Shown here in pieces: positions 37,970 through 52,131 of a DNA stretch of 64,000 bases; the first letter of the stretch is position 1, and the number at the start of each line of letters is the position of its first letter. Source of the DNA: Chiloscyllium plagiosum. Lineage: Eukaryota. The notes beneath the pieces were generated by a model. The model had not been told where the DNA came from. It saw only the letters and a list, made by a program, of their open reading frames with translations, and searched no databases. A program made the position numbers and the translations under genes. The DNA is taken from NCBI RefSeq assembly GCF_004010195.1, contig NC_057756.1, positions 2,140,020-2,204,019 on the forward strand, read 5' to 3'.

Positions 37970-40900
37970 GGTTATTGAACGTTGCACCATTATTCAAGAA
38001 CAGCTGCTTTGAGAAACCTGGGAACTATAGAGAAGTAATTCTGACATTTATGTTAAGTTTAATTATTTGAGGAGATTCTGAGTGAGAAAACATACATGCA
38101 TTTGTAAAGACATAAGCCCTCCGTTACTTCCTCTCCCGACGTCTCCAACAGTACCCTTCCACTGACACTCTCATTCGTTTGGCTGAGCTGGTCCTCACGC
38201 TTAACAATTTCTCCTTCGAATCCTCCCACTTCCTCAGACCAAAGGGGAAGCCATGGGCACCCGTATAGGCCACAGGTATGCCTGTCTCTTTGTTGGCTAC
38301 GTAAAACAGTGCATCTTCTGTAATTACACGGGTACCACTACCCACCTCTTCGCCCGCTACATTGACGATGGCATTGGCGCCACCTTGTGCTCCCGCGAGG
38401 AGGTTGAGCAATTCATGAGATTCACTAACACATTCCACCCTGAACTTAAATTTACCTGGACCATTTCTGACACCTCTCTCCCCTTCCGGGACTTCTCCAT
38501 CTCCATTAATGACGACCGACTTGACACTGACATTTTTTACAAACACACCGACGCCCACAGCTACCTGGATACACATCTTCCCACCATACCTCCTGCAAAA
38601 ATGCCATCCCGTATTCCCAATTCCTCCGCCTCCGCCGTATCTGCTCCCAGACGAACCAGTTTCAATACAGAACACTCCTGATGGCCTCCTTCTTTAGAGG
38701 TCGCAATTTCCCTTCCCACGTGGTTAAAGATGCCCTCAAACTCATGTCGTCCATATCCCGCACTCCGCCCTCAGACTCCACCCCTCCAACCGTAACAAGG
38801 ACAGAACGCCCCGGTGCTCATTTTCCATCCTACTAACCTTCGCATAAACCAAACCAACCGCCGACATTTCCGCAACCTCCAAACGGACCCCACTACCAGA
38901 CATATATTTCCCTCCCCAGACTTTTCCGCCTTCCACAAAGACCGTTCTGTCTGCAAAATACCTAATCAGGTCCATGCACCCCTACAACCCACCCTCCCGT
39001 CCTGGCACCTTCCCCTGCCACAGCAGGAATTGCAAAACCTGCGCCCACACCTCTTCTCTCACCTCCATCCAAGGCCCTAAAGGAGCCTTCCACATCCATC
39101 AAAGTTTTACCTACACATCCACCAATATCATTTATTGCATCCGTTGCTCCCTATATGGTCTCCTCTACATTGGGGAGACTGGACGCCTCTTGCAGAGCGC
39201 TTTAGGGAACATCTCAGGGTCACCCGCACCAATCAACCACACCGCCCTGTGGCCCAACATTTCAAGTCCCACACCCACTCAGCCGAGGACATGGAGGTCC
39301 TGGGCCTCCTTTACTGCTGCTCCCTCACCACCAAATGCCTGGAGGAAGAACGCCTCATCTTCCGCCTTGAACGCTTCAACCCCAGGGCATCAATGTGGAC
39401 TTCAACAGTTTCCTAATTTCCCCTTCCCCCACCTCACGCCAGTTCCAAACTTCCAGCTCAGCACTGTCCCCATGACTTGTCTTACCTGCCGATCTTCTTT
39501 TCCACCTATCCACTCCAACCCCCCCGACCTATCACCTGCATCCCCTCCTCAACTCACCTATTGTACTCTATGCTACTTTCTCCCTACCCCACCCTCCCCT
39601 CATTTATCTCCACCCTTCAGGCTCGCTGACTGTCTTCCGAATGAAGGGCTTTGCCTGAAACATCGATTTTACTGCTTCTCCGATGCTGTCTGAACTACTG
39701 TGCTTTTCCAGCACCATTCTAATCTAGAATCTGGTTTCCAGCATTTTGCTTTTTTTACCTTGGGAAGAAGCAGTCAGCAGGGCTTTGTGTATGGGAGACC
39801 ATGCCTCACAATTGTTTAGAGTTCTTTAGTGAAGTGACCAGGAAAGTGTGCAAAGGGAGGCCGGTAAACATAATCTGTGCAGATTTCTGTAACGTCATTG
39901 ATAATTTTCCTCATGGTAGGCTGCTCTGGACGATAAGATCACATGGAATCCGGGGAACCTGGAAAATTGATTTACACAATTAGTCTGATATTAGGAAGCA
40001 GATGTTAATAACGGAAGGTCTGTAGCTATTGGAGTGTGTTAGGGGTAAGTGCTTGACCAGTGCCTGTTTGTTATCTATATCAATGACTTCGATGAGAATG
40101 TGCAATACATGATCAGTGTGAGTGTAAGCGACTCTAATATAAGCGTGGGCAGGGAGGAAGGTAATCACCAAATGCAAACGTACATTTATTAGCTGGTGAG
40201 GTGGGCCGAGAAATGCCAAATTGAGTTTAACATAGACAAATATGAGGATAACATTTTGAAAAGTCGAATCAAAACAGCAGTGTTATCGTGAATTATAGAT
40301 CCTTAAGGAGTATAGTGGAACAGAGGGATCTCAGAGTTCAGATACAGGGCTCACTGAAATTGAGGTCACACGTTGACAGCGTAGTCAAGAAGCGTTTTTT
40401 CACACTGGCCTTCATCAGTCAGAGTAAAAATGTTTGGAACTTATGTTACAGTTGTACATGACACTGGTGAGGCTCCTCTTGTAGTATTGTGTTCAGGTTT
40501 GGTTACCATGCTAATGGAAGGATGTTATTTAACAGTAAACAGTTCAGAAGAAATTTACAAGAATGCTGGCAGGACTCGAGTGCCTGAGTTACCGGAAGAG
40601 GTTAGCCAAGCCAAAACCATTTTTCTTTTGGAGCGCAGTAAACTGATTTGGAATTTTGTTGAATTGTACAAAGTTAAGAGTGACATGGATAGTACGAATA
40701 CTCGGACTTGGCGAATCGATTTCAAGAGGGCATCACGTTGAAGTTAGATGGGGAAGAATAAAGAGGGTACTGCGGGGTTTTTTTAACACAGAGAGTGGTA
40801 CCCATATGGATTGAACTGTCAATGGAAGTGGTTGCGCTGGGCACATTAAGAAAATTTAAACGGCTTTTGGATAAGCCGATGAATGAAAAAGGTTTAGAAG

Positions 40901-40985
40901 GAATTGGGCCAAGTTCAGTGAATTGGCGCAATTTGGGCCGAAGGACCTGTCTTCGTATTATAGGACTCCATGACTCTACGATTAG
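37970..40985 (+). mobile_element. Decayed CR1 LINE ORF2 split by the Penelope insertion
   Basis: NVAPLFK..EKPGNYR lies before 38113; the frame resumes at about 39770 with SQQGFVYGRPCL and FPHGRLL, then a CR1 tail (ccatgactctacg) at about 40975. Confidence 0.85.
38115..39745 (+). mobile_element. Penelope-like element, 5'-truncated: RT, GIY-YIG endonuclease, pLTR; frameshifted
   Basis: ORF 38253..38681 MGTRIG..YACLFVGY..FARYIDDGIG..HPELKFT..DIFYK; ORF 38974 NIIYCIRC..LLYIGETGR; ORF 39135 LAERFREH..VAQHF; hammerhead-like gaatgaagggctttgcctgaaacatcg at about 39640. Confidence 0.95.
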
Positions 40986-41049
40986 ATGACAAACTCTGGC
41001 AGCTAATTGCACACAAGCAGGACAAACTGAGTCAAAATTCTGACTCTCA

Positions 41050-41430
41050 GTTCACTTTTAAATCTTCTTTCACTCATCTTAAACCTTTGTCCTCTGCTTT
41101 TGAACGTCACTACTCTGGCGAAAACACCTTGACAATTCACCTATACATGCCTCGCATGAATTCTTAAATCTCCACATGGTCACTCTTAAGCTTCTGATGT
41201 TACAGGGAAAATCGCCCGACTCTAGTCAGCCTCTCACTCTATCTCAAACCCTCCAAACCTGGGAAAATCCTTGCCAATCTTATATGAATCCTTTTAATTT
41301 TCACAACATATATTATGTAGCAGGGAGATATATGCAGTATTCCATCGGAAACTAACAAATGTCATTTACACCCGAATATGACTTCCCATCTTATATATTC
41401 AAAGCCGTGAACAGTAAAGGTATGCATATT
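41050..41430 (-). mobile_element. Decayed CR1 3' fragment
   Basis: cacctatacatgcctcgcatga and cagcctctcactctatctcaaaccctcca match reverse-complement CR1 ORF2 C-terminus. Confidence 0.65.
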
Positions 41431-42239
41431 AAATATCTTCTGCGCTCTCTGGTGTACCTGCGACTCCACTGTGTCTCTTGCACTAAGCTGATTCGTTATG
41501 GTAGAGTATCAGTGATCTGCATTACTGATGACACAAAATTAAAACAAATATGTGCCATGGCAGCAATATTGCACCATGGTATCTCAAATGTGACACGATA
41601 AGTTATTTGTTGTATATTTGTTGTATTAATCCATAGCATAACTCGACCAAAATTATTTGTCATTCCTTATTTGTCATCAAATAAGGTAAGAATAAAAATT
41701 ACCTGGAGGTATAGCAACTGCAATAAAGAATTGAATCTGTGCAATAGAGAGAAATGATCCATTTCATGGGACGACTTGAAGTCATTTTCTGTCAAAACTG
41801 GAAGATGTAGGGCAAGAAAGTATTGGTTGTTTTGGCAAAAACGCTTTAGCAGTACTTTCAATACACAATCAAATAAAGAAAAATATGTTTTAATTTCTTG
41901 TGGTAGAATGGAAAAAAAATAACAAAATGTGAACATTATCTGAAAATAAAAGTAGAGATGTGGAACAAATAAACTCATGGCAAGAACTTAAACACAGCTG
42001 ACAGAACGCTTTCACGAAAGTCTCAGAGATCAGCTTTTATGAAGTAACTAACAAAGCTGGTTAGTTCCAAAAATGTCATAAAATAAATTTCACAAGGCCT
42101 CTGGTTTTGGGGTATCACTGATATAACAAACAAGCAGCGCAGTTTCATCATTGTGTTGGTAGGTCTAATATGCAGCTTCAGTGCAGCGGCACATGTATCA
42201 AAACGTAGAAATTAAAACCAATACCTGAAACGACAGAAG

Positions 42240-44290
42240 ACCTTTGGCTGTTAAGCCTGATCAGCTATCTTTGATTTACAGACTTATGAAATGTCTAATT
42301 TTTTTTTCGTGAATCTGCTAACGTGAGTATTGAGGCCGTTAATTTTCTTTCTGATAATACTGTGACATTTCTTTTGAATGACTCTAGTATTAAAGGTTCG
42401 TACCAAGTTACCCTTGAGCAACGTTTATGTTCTGTAAGACTGGGCAATCAAGGCCTTTTTTTAGCAAAGTTTGTCATGATTCCTTTTCCACAATTTCTGA
42501 GTATGAAGATGTTTAAACTGGCAACTATTGACCCATTTTATGAAGTACTACTTGTAATCTTTAAAAAAACCTTCTTTATTCTCTACTATGTTCCGATATT
42601 TGCTGTCGACCGCAAACTTACAAACCATTCCTCCCATATTGTCATTCAAAATATTGATATAAATGACAAACAGTAGAGGACACAAAACTGATTCCTATGG
42701 AACATCAATTTCGGTCCAACTAGCGTTCCTCCACCACCTTTCCTTGTTGTTTGGCAATTAGCTACTTATGCAAACAATTAATTTGCAAGCTCACCCTGAA
42801 TTCCATGTGACCTAACCTCACTAATTTCTCAACTTTGTGCAAACTCTTCGAAGGCTTCGCCAATATCCAAGGTAACAACATCTGCTACTCTGCCGTCATC
42901 AATATTTTTGTCCCTTCCTCAATATAATCTGTTAGTGTGTGATTTAGATTTTCCTCAAACACCACCAGACTGGCCAACCTTAATCAACGTTTGCCTCTCT
43001 CAGTGTACATACATTCTAACTTTATTATCAACTCCAAGAACCTATCCAAAAACTGAAGTCAGACTTACAGGTCTATAAAACGCCAATTCCTCCTGACAAC
43101 ATCCATTAAACCAGATTTGTATGTTAGCCGTTCTCTAGTAATTAGACGCATAATATGTATTTATAATTTATGTGAACAATTCTGCACGAAATTTTGCAAT
43201 TTGCCCCATTAATTCCCACAACATTCTGGAAAATATTAGGTCAATCTTGGAGATGTATCAACCTTTATATTCCCTATGATAAACAGAAGGACCTTTTCTG
43301 TAATGCGAACTGTTCATAAAACTTCAAAATTTATTTGTCTTAATTTTCCAGACTCCATTTCTTTCTCCACAGTAAAAACTAACGCGAAATATTTATTTAG
43401 AATCTCTCCTATCTCGCGGGGTTCAACACAAATTAGACTTTATGATCTTTATATCTAACATAATTTTTGTCCACTTATTTTTATTTTTAGTCACCCATTG
43501 TTCCTTAATCATGACATTGTTAACCTTCACTGTATCAAGAATATAATGCATCCGAACTCTCATCACCCACGTGAAGGTTTCCTACTGTTACATCCTTTTG
43601 CCTGCGAGCAGTCTACTCTAATTGCATTTTGAATGTTCGTGTCTCGTACCATTAAAATTTGTTTCATTTCAATTTAAAACTTCAACATTTAAGTCTTATT
43701 CGTTTCCGTAACCATTTTGAAACTAATAGAATTCTGTTCCTTAGACCACAAGTTTTCTATCGCTTCTACTTCTATCACATACCCTGCTTTATTGCCCATA
43801 AAATGAACTAGTTTTGCTAATTCCCCATAAGAAACATTCAGGTGTTTATAAAGAAAATTTCCTTGAACACATTTGACAAATTCTTCAACATACTAAATTT
43901 TAACATCACTGTAGCCTCAGCCGACGTTTGGAAAATTAAATTCCCTATCATTGCCAACTTAGTATGCTTACATATATTTGAGATTTGCTGACTTATCAGA
44001 TCCTCAATTTCCCTTTTGGCATTGGGAGGCTGCAAATTCAATCTCATCGTGGTGACCTTCCTTTCCTTATTTCTAATTTCTTCCCTTTTTCACTGGATGA
44101 GTTTTCAGAAATCTGTTCACGCGTGGCAGTAGTAATGCATTCATTAATCGAAAATTCTGCACCCTGCACACCACGCCTTCTTTACTATCATTATAAAATC
44201 ACCTTAACCCGGAACAGTGTACTGCAAGTCTTGTCCTTCTCCCAACCAAGATCATGTAGAACTATACTGTTCCATTTCACGTTGTGACGC
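42240..44290 (-). mobile_element. Decayed CR1 ORF2 (endonuclease and RT)
   Basis: ORF 43838..44047(-) QPPNAKREIEDLISQQIS..MIGNLIF is APE-like; RT-region nucleotide similarity at about 42640-43100. Confidence 0.75.
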
Positions 44291-44439
44291 ATGCCCTGAT
44301 TTCAGCACCCTTAACTGTAAGTCTCATCAGCTTGGTATAAATAAATTTTCGCTCTTCAGGCTTATTGCATCTTCTGAATTTGTTATCGTGGTTTTCTAAT
44401 TAACGTGCTCTTTTCACATTCAGAACTTCCATAAATCTT

Positions 44440-47000
44440 TGATTTATGCTGCTACTTATAATTTATCCATTTTTCTTCTTTATCTTGAGTTTATAGGTTT
44501 CTACTCCAACGACAGAACAAGCAGCTTCTTCACTCCCCTCACGCCAAAACTGTTTCCAAGTCTTCCTCATTCTCAGCAAATGATATAAATGTGCCAGGAT
44601 GGATGTACATTTACGTAAGAACGTTTCGCAATCATTCAAACATTGGAAAGAAGTCACAAGCTGAACGAGAGATGTGGGATTTGATACACCTTTGATTGTT
44701 CTGCCTTCGTCTTTCAACCGGTTCATACTGTTCTCATCGACGCTATTGACCAATTACATCATATGGGGTGCCTCGAACATACAGTGTTCCTTTCAAAGGT
44801 ATATGCCCATCTTAGCTAAATGTTTAAAGACTATGTCCAAGTACTCTAACTGCTCTTTATCAGTCTTGCCTTTATTTAGCACGTCATACAAAAGAAATGG
44901 CGAAGAAGGGAACACCTTGTAACGTGTTGTCCATTGTCCACTGAAAATGGGCTGAGTCTGCTGATTCCCAAAGCATCTCACATATTGGTACAATGCATTA
45001 TGAGTACGAATTGGAGCATACTTCTCGGAGTTCTCATCTCACTACAAATGCAGATATGCATGGCTTATGTTCAGCTTCGAGAAGGTCAGCTCCTACCTCG
45101 TCACACTGTCAGCTTTGAGTATAAATCGTCTATTAAAGGAATGGGTGTGTAAACAGGTGCAAGAAGGAGTTGATCAATTGTTTACAATTCTAGTAAAGGC
45201 AAATAGACCAATTGAGCTGCACAAACGTTACAATCCGTGCTGCCTGCTCTGAAATGTGCACCATTTTGATGATATCTTTGCTTTCCAGCCTCCTGATGTG
45301 TGCTTCAAAGTTTGCATTGAAGGCAAATGGCAATGGGTGGACTTCTAGAACTTTCAAAATGCTTCTTGGTAAACATGTCAGGTGGACTTGTTTAGTTTGA
45401 TAGACCCTAGAAATTCTAGAAATAAAACTTTTCAGGTGTTTAATTAGAAGTTGACTCAGGGGTCCGTTTTCTAATCGAAAGCTGGTTAGCCAATCAAAGT
45501 GAAAACTTCTCAAACAATTTCACAGCATCAGGTTTGGAACCGAACCTTAAATTATAATAAGTGGTAACACTACTAGCTGCTTCTCATATGAGATGTGAGG
45601 CACATTTGTACTCTTCAGCTGGAAAGGTTCCCCAATATATAGTCTCAGTCTGCAGGAGGTGTTACAGAAAAGAAATTGTTGGAATCCGGAGCTTTTTTTG
45701 TCGATGGGCACACCGTTATTAATCTACACGAGAAGAAGGTAACCTTCTTAAATATTAATGATCAAGATGACGAACTGAGGGCAGTCTGGTTAAGTTTGCA
45801 TACAATACGAAGCTATGTAGAGGGACATGTAACAGTGAGGAGGTGGGAAGACACAGAAGGATTCAGACAGGTCAGGAGAGTTGATAAAGGAACGGCAAAT
45901 GGAGGACAATGTGGGAAAGTGTGAGGTCATGCACTTTTGTAGGAAGAATAGAGGATTGAAAAATTTCGAAATGGGAAGAAAATTCAGAAGTCTGAAGTGT
46001 AAAGAGACTTGGGAGTTCTCGTCCAGGATTCTCTAAGGTAAAAGTGCAGGGTGAGTCAGTAGTTAGAAGGCAAATGCAATGTTGGCAGTTATTATGTGAG
46101 GACTTGAAGATAATGCAGGCATGTACTTTTGAAGCTCCACACAAACCACACTTGGAGTATTGAGCGCAGTTTTAGGTCCCATATCTCAGGATGCAAGTAC
46201 TGGTCCAGGAGCGTGTGAAGAGAAGGTTCATGGGAGTGGTGCCAGGAATTAAAAGTTTAACGTCTGAGGAATGCTTGAGCACTCTGGGTACAATCTCCAC
46301 CAAGTTAAACGGAATGAAAGTGGAATCTAATTGAAACATACACAATACTGAATGGCCTAAACAGAATAGATGTTTAGAAGATGTTTCCATTAGTAGGAAA
46401 GACTCGGACCCAAGGGCCCAGCCTTATACTAAAGAGAAATACACAGTCTATATTTTCAGAACGGATATAAAGAGAAACCTCTTCAGACAGATACACGAAT
46501 CTTTGGAATTAAATGCTACTGAAGGCTGTGGACGCTAGATCATTGAATATATTGCAGACTGACACAGATAGTGTGCCAGGTGTCACGGAGAAATAGCGTG
46601 AGATGGGACTGAGAAAGATATACTGGGCCCGGTCTTCGATTCAAAACTTAATTAAGTCAAGCTTACCAATAAAGGCATGATGGCAGAACTGCTTAGCTCA
46701 ACTCCATGATGGCTTTTGCGGATATATTTGTCCAGAAACGTTTTCTTTATCCCTCTTCATCACTGCAGTAACAATACAGAGACTGGTATATCGTTAGTTA
46801 ACGATCTTTTATTTACAAACGCATAGTTGTGGACACATGGGAGGATTGTGAGGAGTCCTATCTCAAAGTGATCAGAGTATTTATACTGCATTTTATATTT
46901 GTCAGCCAGGAGTCCCTAATTTGATTGACTTAACATCCTCAATCTGAGAACCCCAATTCTATGAATTCCAACAGGCTGACGTTGTTGTAATCATACTTTA
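44440..47000 (-). mobile_element. Decayed Gypsy element (5' LTR at about 46763-47000, gag start, RT), split by a CR1
   Basis: ORF 45190 PFAFNANFEAHIRRLESKDII..SEQAARIV; ORF 44793 LYDVLNKGKTDKEQLEYLDIV; PBS-like GTGATGAAGAGG next to the LTR; LTR related to 25150-25401. Confidence 0.75.
45670..46620 (+). mobile_element. CR1 LINE 3' fragment nested in Gypsy
   Basis: tggcaaatgg-like WQM motif, gggaaagtgtgaggtcatgcactt (KCEVMHF) and ccacacttggagtattg (PHLEY). Confidence 0.8.
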
Positions 47001-47339
47001 GCCAACTGTGAGCCTATCCGTTTTCTGCACAGAAAGCCAACAGCATCTCCACTTCAGTAATTTTTGCATGTACGAGCAATGGCAACCCCTGGCGCATAAG
47101 TTACTCTTTCTAACTCAATCAATCTTCGCTTCATTCTTTTCCTTTACAGGTATAAATTCTGTGAACTATGTTGTCTACAGAGATGCTGATCAAAGAGATG
47201 CAGTGTTGTGGTATTGCATCAGCATGGCATCTGCCCATCCATCAGGTTAATTCTATGTATATGTACCCGTATTGTAGACCTGCAAAAAAGCTATGTCTTC
47301 AATTTCTTCTAAAACCAACCCGAATCCCTCTGCATTCCA

Positions 47340-47538
47340 GGTGAAAGTGAGAACTGCAGATTCTAGAGATTGGAATCGAGAGTGTGGTAATGAAAAAACA
47401 CAGCAGGCCAGGTAGCATCCGAGGAGCAGGGCAGCCTTCAATCTGGCAAAAAAAAACCTCGAATGAAAGTCGACTTTCCTGGTCCTCGGATGCTGCCTGA
47501 CCTGCCATGCCTCTCCAGCACCACTTTTTCTCAACTAT
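47340..47538. mobile_element. Older Penelope-end fold-back insertion with imperfect 12-bp TSD
   Basis: Inverted arms caggccaggtagcatccgaggagcagg and cctggtcctcggatgctgcctgacctg; flanks CTCTGCATTCCA (47328-47339) and CTCTGTATTCTA (47539-47550). Confidence 0.75.
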
Positions 47539-47559
47539 CTCTGTATTCTACGGGCATTC

Positions 47560-49725
47560 ACTACATTGCCGTGTTGAGGTGATTCAGAGTGTGGCGGTTT
47601 TGGTCGTTAGGAAACAATTTTGTAAAATATTCAAAATCCCAAGCAATGGCATCTACCCAAATTGCCCCCATCCTTCCTCGATGCATTTGACCTTGTTATA
47701 CTTTATTCGTAATATTTATTTCACTCCAGTGCACTGTCAAATACCGTATGGTTTCGACCCCTGTCCTCAAGTCTTAATGTTGACCCAGACCACAAGAAAA
47801 AATACCAACTTCTTTTTGGCCCAGTAATGTCATTGCCTGAAGGAAGAAATGAATCCTTAAAATTGGTAAAATGAGCCACATCTAATTTCATCACGCTATT
47901 GTTCCTGTGACAATTGTTTGAGGACTTAAGGTTTTGTGTTCACACGGAATTGGAGCCACTCCATTCCCTCCATACAGTCAGTCATTTTCCCATGGGTACA
48001 CCAATCGTAATTTCCAGGAAGTTGACAATGACCACCAATTCCCCCTGATTGTCTCTTCCTCTATTTTCTAACGTTGCATCAGCTTCCCGTGAAACTAGCA
48101 TAACTTATGCTCCTATTGACATCAGATTCTGTGACGTTCCTTAAGTTTGCCATGCCAATCTCCTCACATCCGACACACCCCCTCAGAACATTGAGGTCTG
48201 GTTTCTTCACTCCACCCTTTTCCCTCGGTCATTCAGATGGAGATTCGAAGTTGCATCCATTGTGTCTCCATTTCCTTTTCCTTTATGTTCATTTCCAATA
48301 CTGAGTCTGAGGAGTCCAGCTCAACTCTAAGGAATTTCGAAATAATATGCATCGGCTGTGTGTACATTTCGGTCATGTTTCTCTGGTCATACAATCCCCA
48401 AATTTTGGTTCTGAAAACAGTTCCACTCGAATCTCCCATAATCTGGGGGCATTCTTCTGACAAAGTGTGTAAAAGGTGATAATTATCCTATGCCCTCCAA
48501 ATATTTTTAGCTGGATAATATGATACCAGGCTCTCTTGTTAGGGGCTTTTAGCACCTTTATAAACTAATGGGCGTATCTAATCTAACATATGTTCCCGCA
48601 AATATCGTGGCCTGATGGATGCTTTTCGGTGCCCAGGCAACATCAAATGTTACAGCTTCCCCACCCCATGCCCCCCAACAGCTCTACTGTCTTCAAAATA
48701 GTATTACTTTGTTCTTTTCTATTTCTATATTATTTAAGGCCAGGTAATACACTTGTTTTACACAGTTAAGCATCTGCTATTTTCATTATTGCATCAACCT
48801 TTCTCTTGACCGTCCTAATACTACCTCCATGCCACGAATCTCTCGACCTGCAATCAAGCAACAACGGAATTCCTGTAGTGGAAGTTGCGGTGCTTTTTAC
48901 TGTAATCAGAATATAAGGAATTACCATCAATCAAATTGTACGTTGCTGATACACCATTTATTAAAATATATTTGTAATAAAAATGAAATAGCGTTCGCAA
49001 ACCACCCTCATGTCCAAATATATAAACATATGCAGAAAAATATAGAATTTTTAAAAAATGTCTATTTAACTAAATAAATAAAATATTAACATCAAACTAA
49101 TAAATAGTAATAACTCAGCGCAGCGAAACAAAACGCTCACATGATCGCAGCACCATTTAGGCCAAATTGTTTTTTTGTTTCAAAGTTCGATTTCCGTTTC
49201 ATCTTTCCACTGGATTTGGACCTATAGACTTTTTGGAACCTTTTTTCTATCCCTAGCCGTGTCATGACTTTTTGCATCACTTGTTCTGTAAAGTGTGTCC
49301 GTTGATCTGATTCATTACTCCTTGGTAAAGAGTAAAAGCTTTTTGCTAACTGGACATTCAGTGTTATTTTAACAGTGGCAGTTTCAGTGGGAAATGCATC
49401 TACCCATTTGCGAGGGTATACACTAACCACTTCTATCCTCTTGTCATTGGCATCTACCCAAATTACCCCCATCCTTCCTCGATGCATTTGACCTTGTTGT
49501 ATTTTATTCTTAATATTTTTTCCACTCCAGTAGAATCAAAATCTAATTCCCGATTTATTCAAGACCACTCTACCGGACTTATGTGTCTAAGCGCACATTG
49601 TTTTCACATTTTTAGGCTCTATTGTGGCAGCATATCAGAATTGTTTTCCACATAATGTTCCACGTACCTTTTCATTTGTGATTACTAACAAACATCCTTC
49701 AATAGTCAACCCCAGATCCTAACAG
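47560..49725 (-). pseudogene. Second retrovirus-like remnant: integrase followed by possible env-like sequence
   Basis: ORF 49137..49487 KWVDAFPT..LPRSNESDQRTHFTEQVMQ..LGI..YRSKSSG is a DDE core; ALRHISPVEWS.INRELDF lies upstream; KRAWYHIIQLK is C-terminal (ORF 48373); the downstream Cys/Trp-containing remnant (WYFSCGLG) is uncertain. Confidence 0.7.
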
Positions 49726-49729
49726 GACG

Positions 49730-50056
49730 ATTACATTACATTAAAGTTACATTACATTACAACGTGGAAACAGGCCCTTCGGCCCAACAAGTCCACACCG
49801 ACCGGCCGAAGCGCAACCCATCCATACCCCTACATTTACCCCATACCTAACACTACGGGCCGAGTATTAGCATTGCCAATTCACCTGACCTGCATATCTT
49901 TGGACTGTGGGAGGAAACCGGAGCACCCGGAGGAAACCCACGCAGACACAGGGAGAATGTGCAAACTCCACACAGTCAGTCGCCTGAGGCAGGAATTGAA
50001 CCCGGGTCTCTGGCGCTGTGAGGCAGCAGTGCTAACCACTGTGCCACCATGCCATC
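49730..50056 (-). mobile_element. HE1-type V-SINE, full length
   Basis: Near-identical to 9536-9856, with a (TAATG)n-type tail. Confidence 0.93.
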
Positions 50057-52131
50057 CACGTTAGCGAACTGAAGCTGGATGAACTTCAGATCTTTCACGT
50101 GTCTGAGGGGGTTATAAAGAGGAGCTATTTGGAGGTAGTTACACCTTTGATACAGTACAAATCTAGCTGGATGACCAACAGGAGAGGGAAAGGAAAAAGG
50201 CTGTCAATGCAGAGAACCCCTGTGGCCGTTCTCCTCCATAGTAAGTATACTGCTTCAGATATTGGTAATGAGGTCGACCTACTCGGAAGGAAACAACTGG
50301 TCAAGTTTCTGCTACTGAATGTAGCTCTGTTGCTCAGAAAGAAAGGCATGAGAAGAGAAAAGCGACAGTGATCGGAGATTGAGTTATTAAAGGAGCAAAC
50401 AGGAGACTGTGTGATCGCAGACAACACCCGAATTGTATGTTGCCTCAGGGGTGCCAGGTTCAGGGATGTGTCGTATCGAGCCAATAGGACTCTTAAGGAG
50501 GAAGTAAGCACCCAGAAGCTGTAGTGCACATTATTACCAATGTCACAGATAGGATAAAGTTTGAGGACTGGAATATTCAATACAGGGAGTTTGGATGGAA
50601 ACTAAAAGTACGACAGGCAGAGCAGCAATGTCAGGATTGCAACCGGTGCCACTGGCGAGTGAGACTAGGAATACACAGCGAGTGCAGCTCAAAACGTGGC
50701 TGCATAGTGGTGGAGGATGGAGGGCTTCAGATATGTTGATCATTAGTATACCCATCTAGAGAAGTTAGGAGATGTACAAGTGGACAGGTTGAACCTGAAC
50801 TGACGGGGTATCATATACGGGGTGAATGGTTTGGTAGACTTCTTCGGGAGGGTTTCGACTACTGTGGCAGGGGAATGGGTATGGGGGCTACGGATCAGCT
50901 GATGTGCAACCAGCATGAGAACCACCAGCAGACCTTCTGTGAGGAAGTAGAGAAAGTTGACAGGGCCGGGTTGCAAAATGTGTGAGGGATTGAAGTGTGT
51001 CTATTTTAATGCAAGACGTAAGAAACAAAGATGATGAACTTATCGCATGAATCATTACTTAAAGTTGTGGCTATTACAGAGACTTGTATACCAGAGGTGC
51101 AGAAATGTTTCCCGGATATTCCATGGTTTAGATTTTTAAAAACGAATAGGTAGAGAGCTAAAAGAGGTGGGTAGTGGGACTGTAAACACGTGATACCAAA
51201 TCGACTGCAGAAGGTGAGATCGTCGAGGTGTGTTTGTCTACAGAGCCAGATTTGGTGGAAGTCAGAAACAGGAAATGAGCATAACTTTGCTGCCAGTTTT
51301 AAATAGACCACCACATAGCAACAGAGACATGGAGAAACTGATTGTGAGGGAGATTTTGGAAAATGGCAGAAGTAATATGGTTGTTGTCAAGGATGACTTC
51401 AATTTCCATAGTAATAATTGAAACCTCTTTAGTCCAAATAGTTTGGAAAGAACAGACTATGACAGGTGCGTCCAAGAATTCCTCACTCAATATGTTCATT
51501 TGGCGGCAACAGGGAAGCCCGCCTTGGTTTTGCTGCTTTGTGATGGACCAGGGCATGTGTATGATCTCTTTTTGGGAGAGCCTTTCCAATATAGTGATCA
51601 CAACCCCCTGAGCATTAACATAATCACGGAGAGGGATTGGAGTAGAAGGTATAGGAATTGATTTAATTAGGAAAGGGGAAATTACAATACCATTTGGCAC
51701 AAACTGTGGAGCATAAAAAGGAAGCAGATATTCCCAGCGAAGTACACAACAGAATTGTGAATGTTGTTTAGTTAGGAATTGCTACGAGGAGACAGTGAGG
51801 TCTGCAGATGCTGGAGATCAAAGTTGAAACTTTATTGCTGGAACAGCACAGCAGGTCAGGCAGCATCCAGGGAACAGGAGATTCGACGTTTCGGGCACAG
51901 GCCCTTCTTCAGGAATGAGCAGAGAGTGTTCAGCAGGAGAAGATAAAAGGTAGGGAGGAGGGACTTGGAGGAGGGGAGTTGGAAATGTCTTCTTCTTGAC
52001 CTCTCCGCCTCCACCCTACTCCGACCTATCACCCTCACCTTGACCTCTTTCCACCTATCACATTTCCAACGCCCCTCCTCCAAGTCCCTCCTCCCTACCT
52101 TTTATCTTCTCCTGCTGAACACTCTCTGCTC

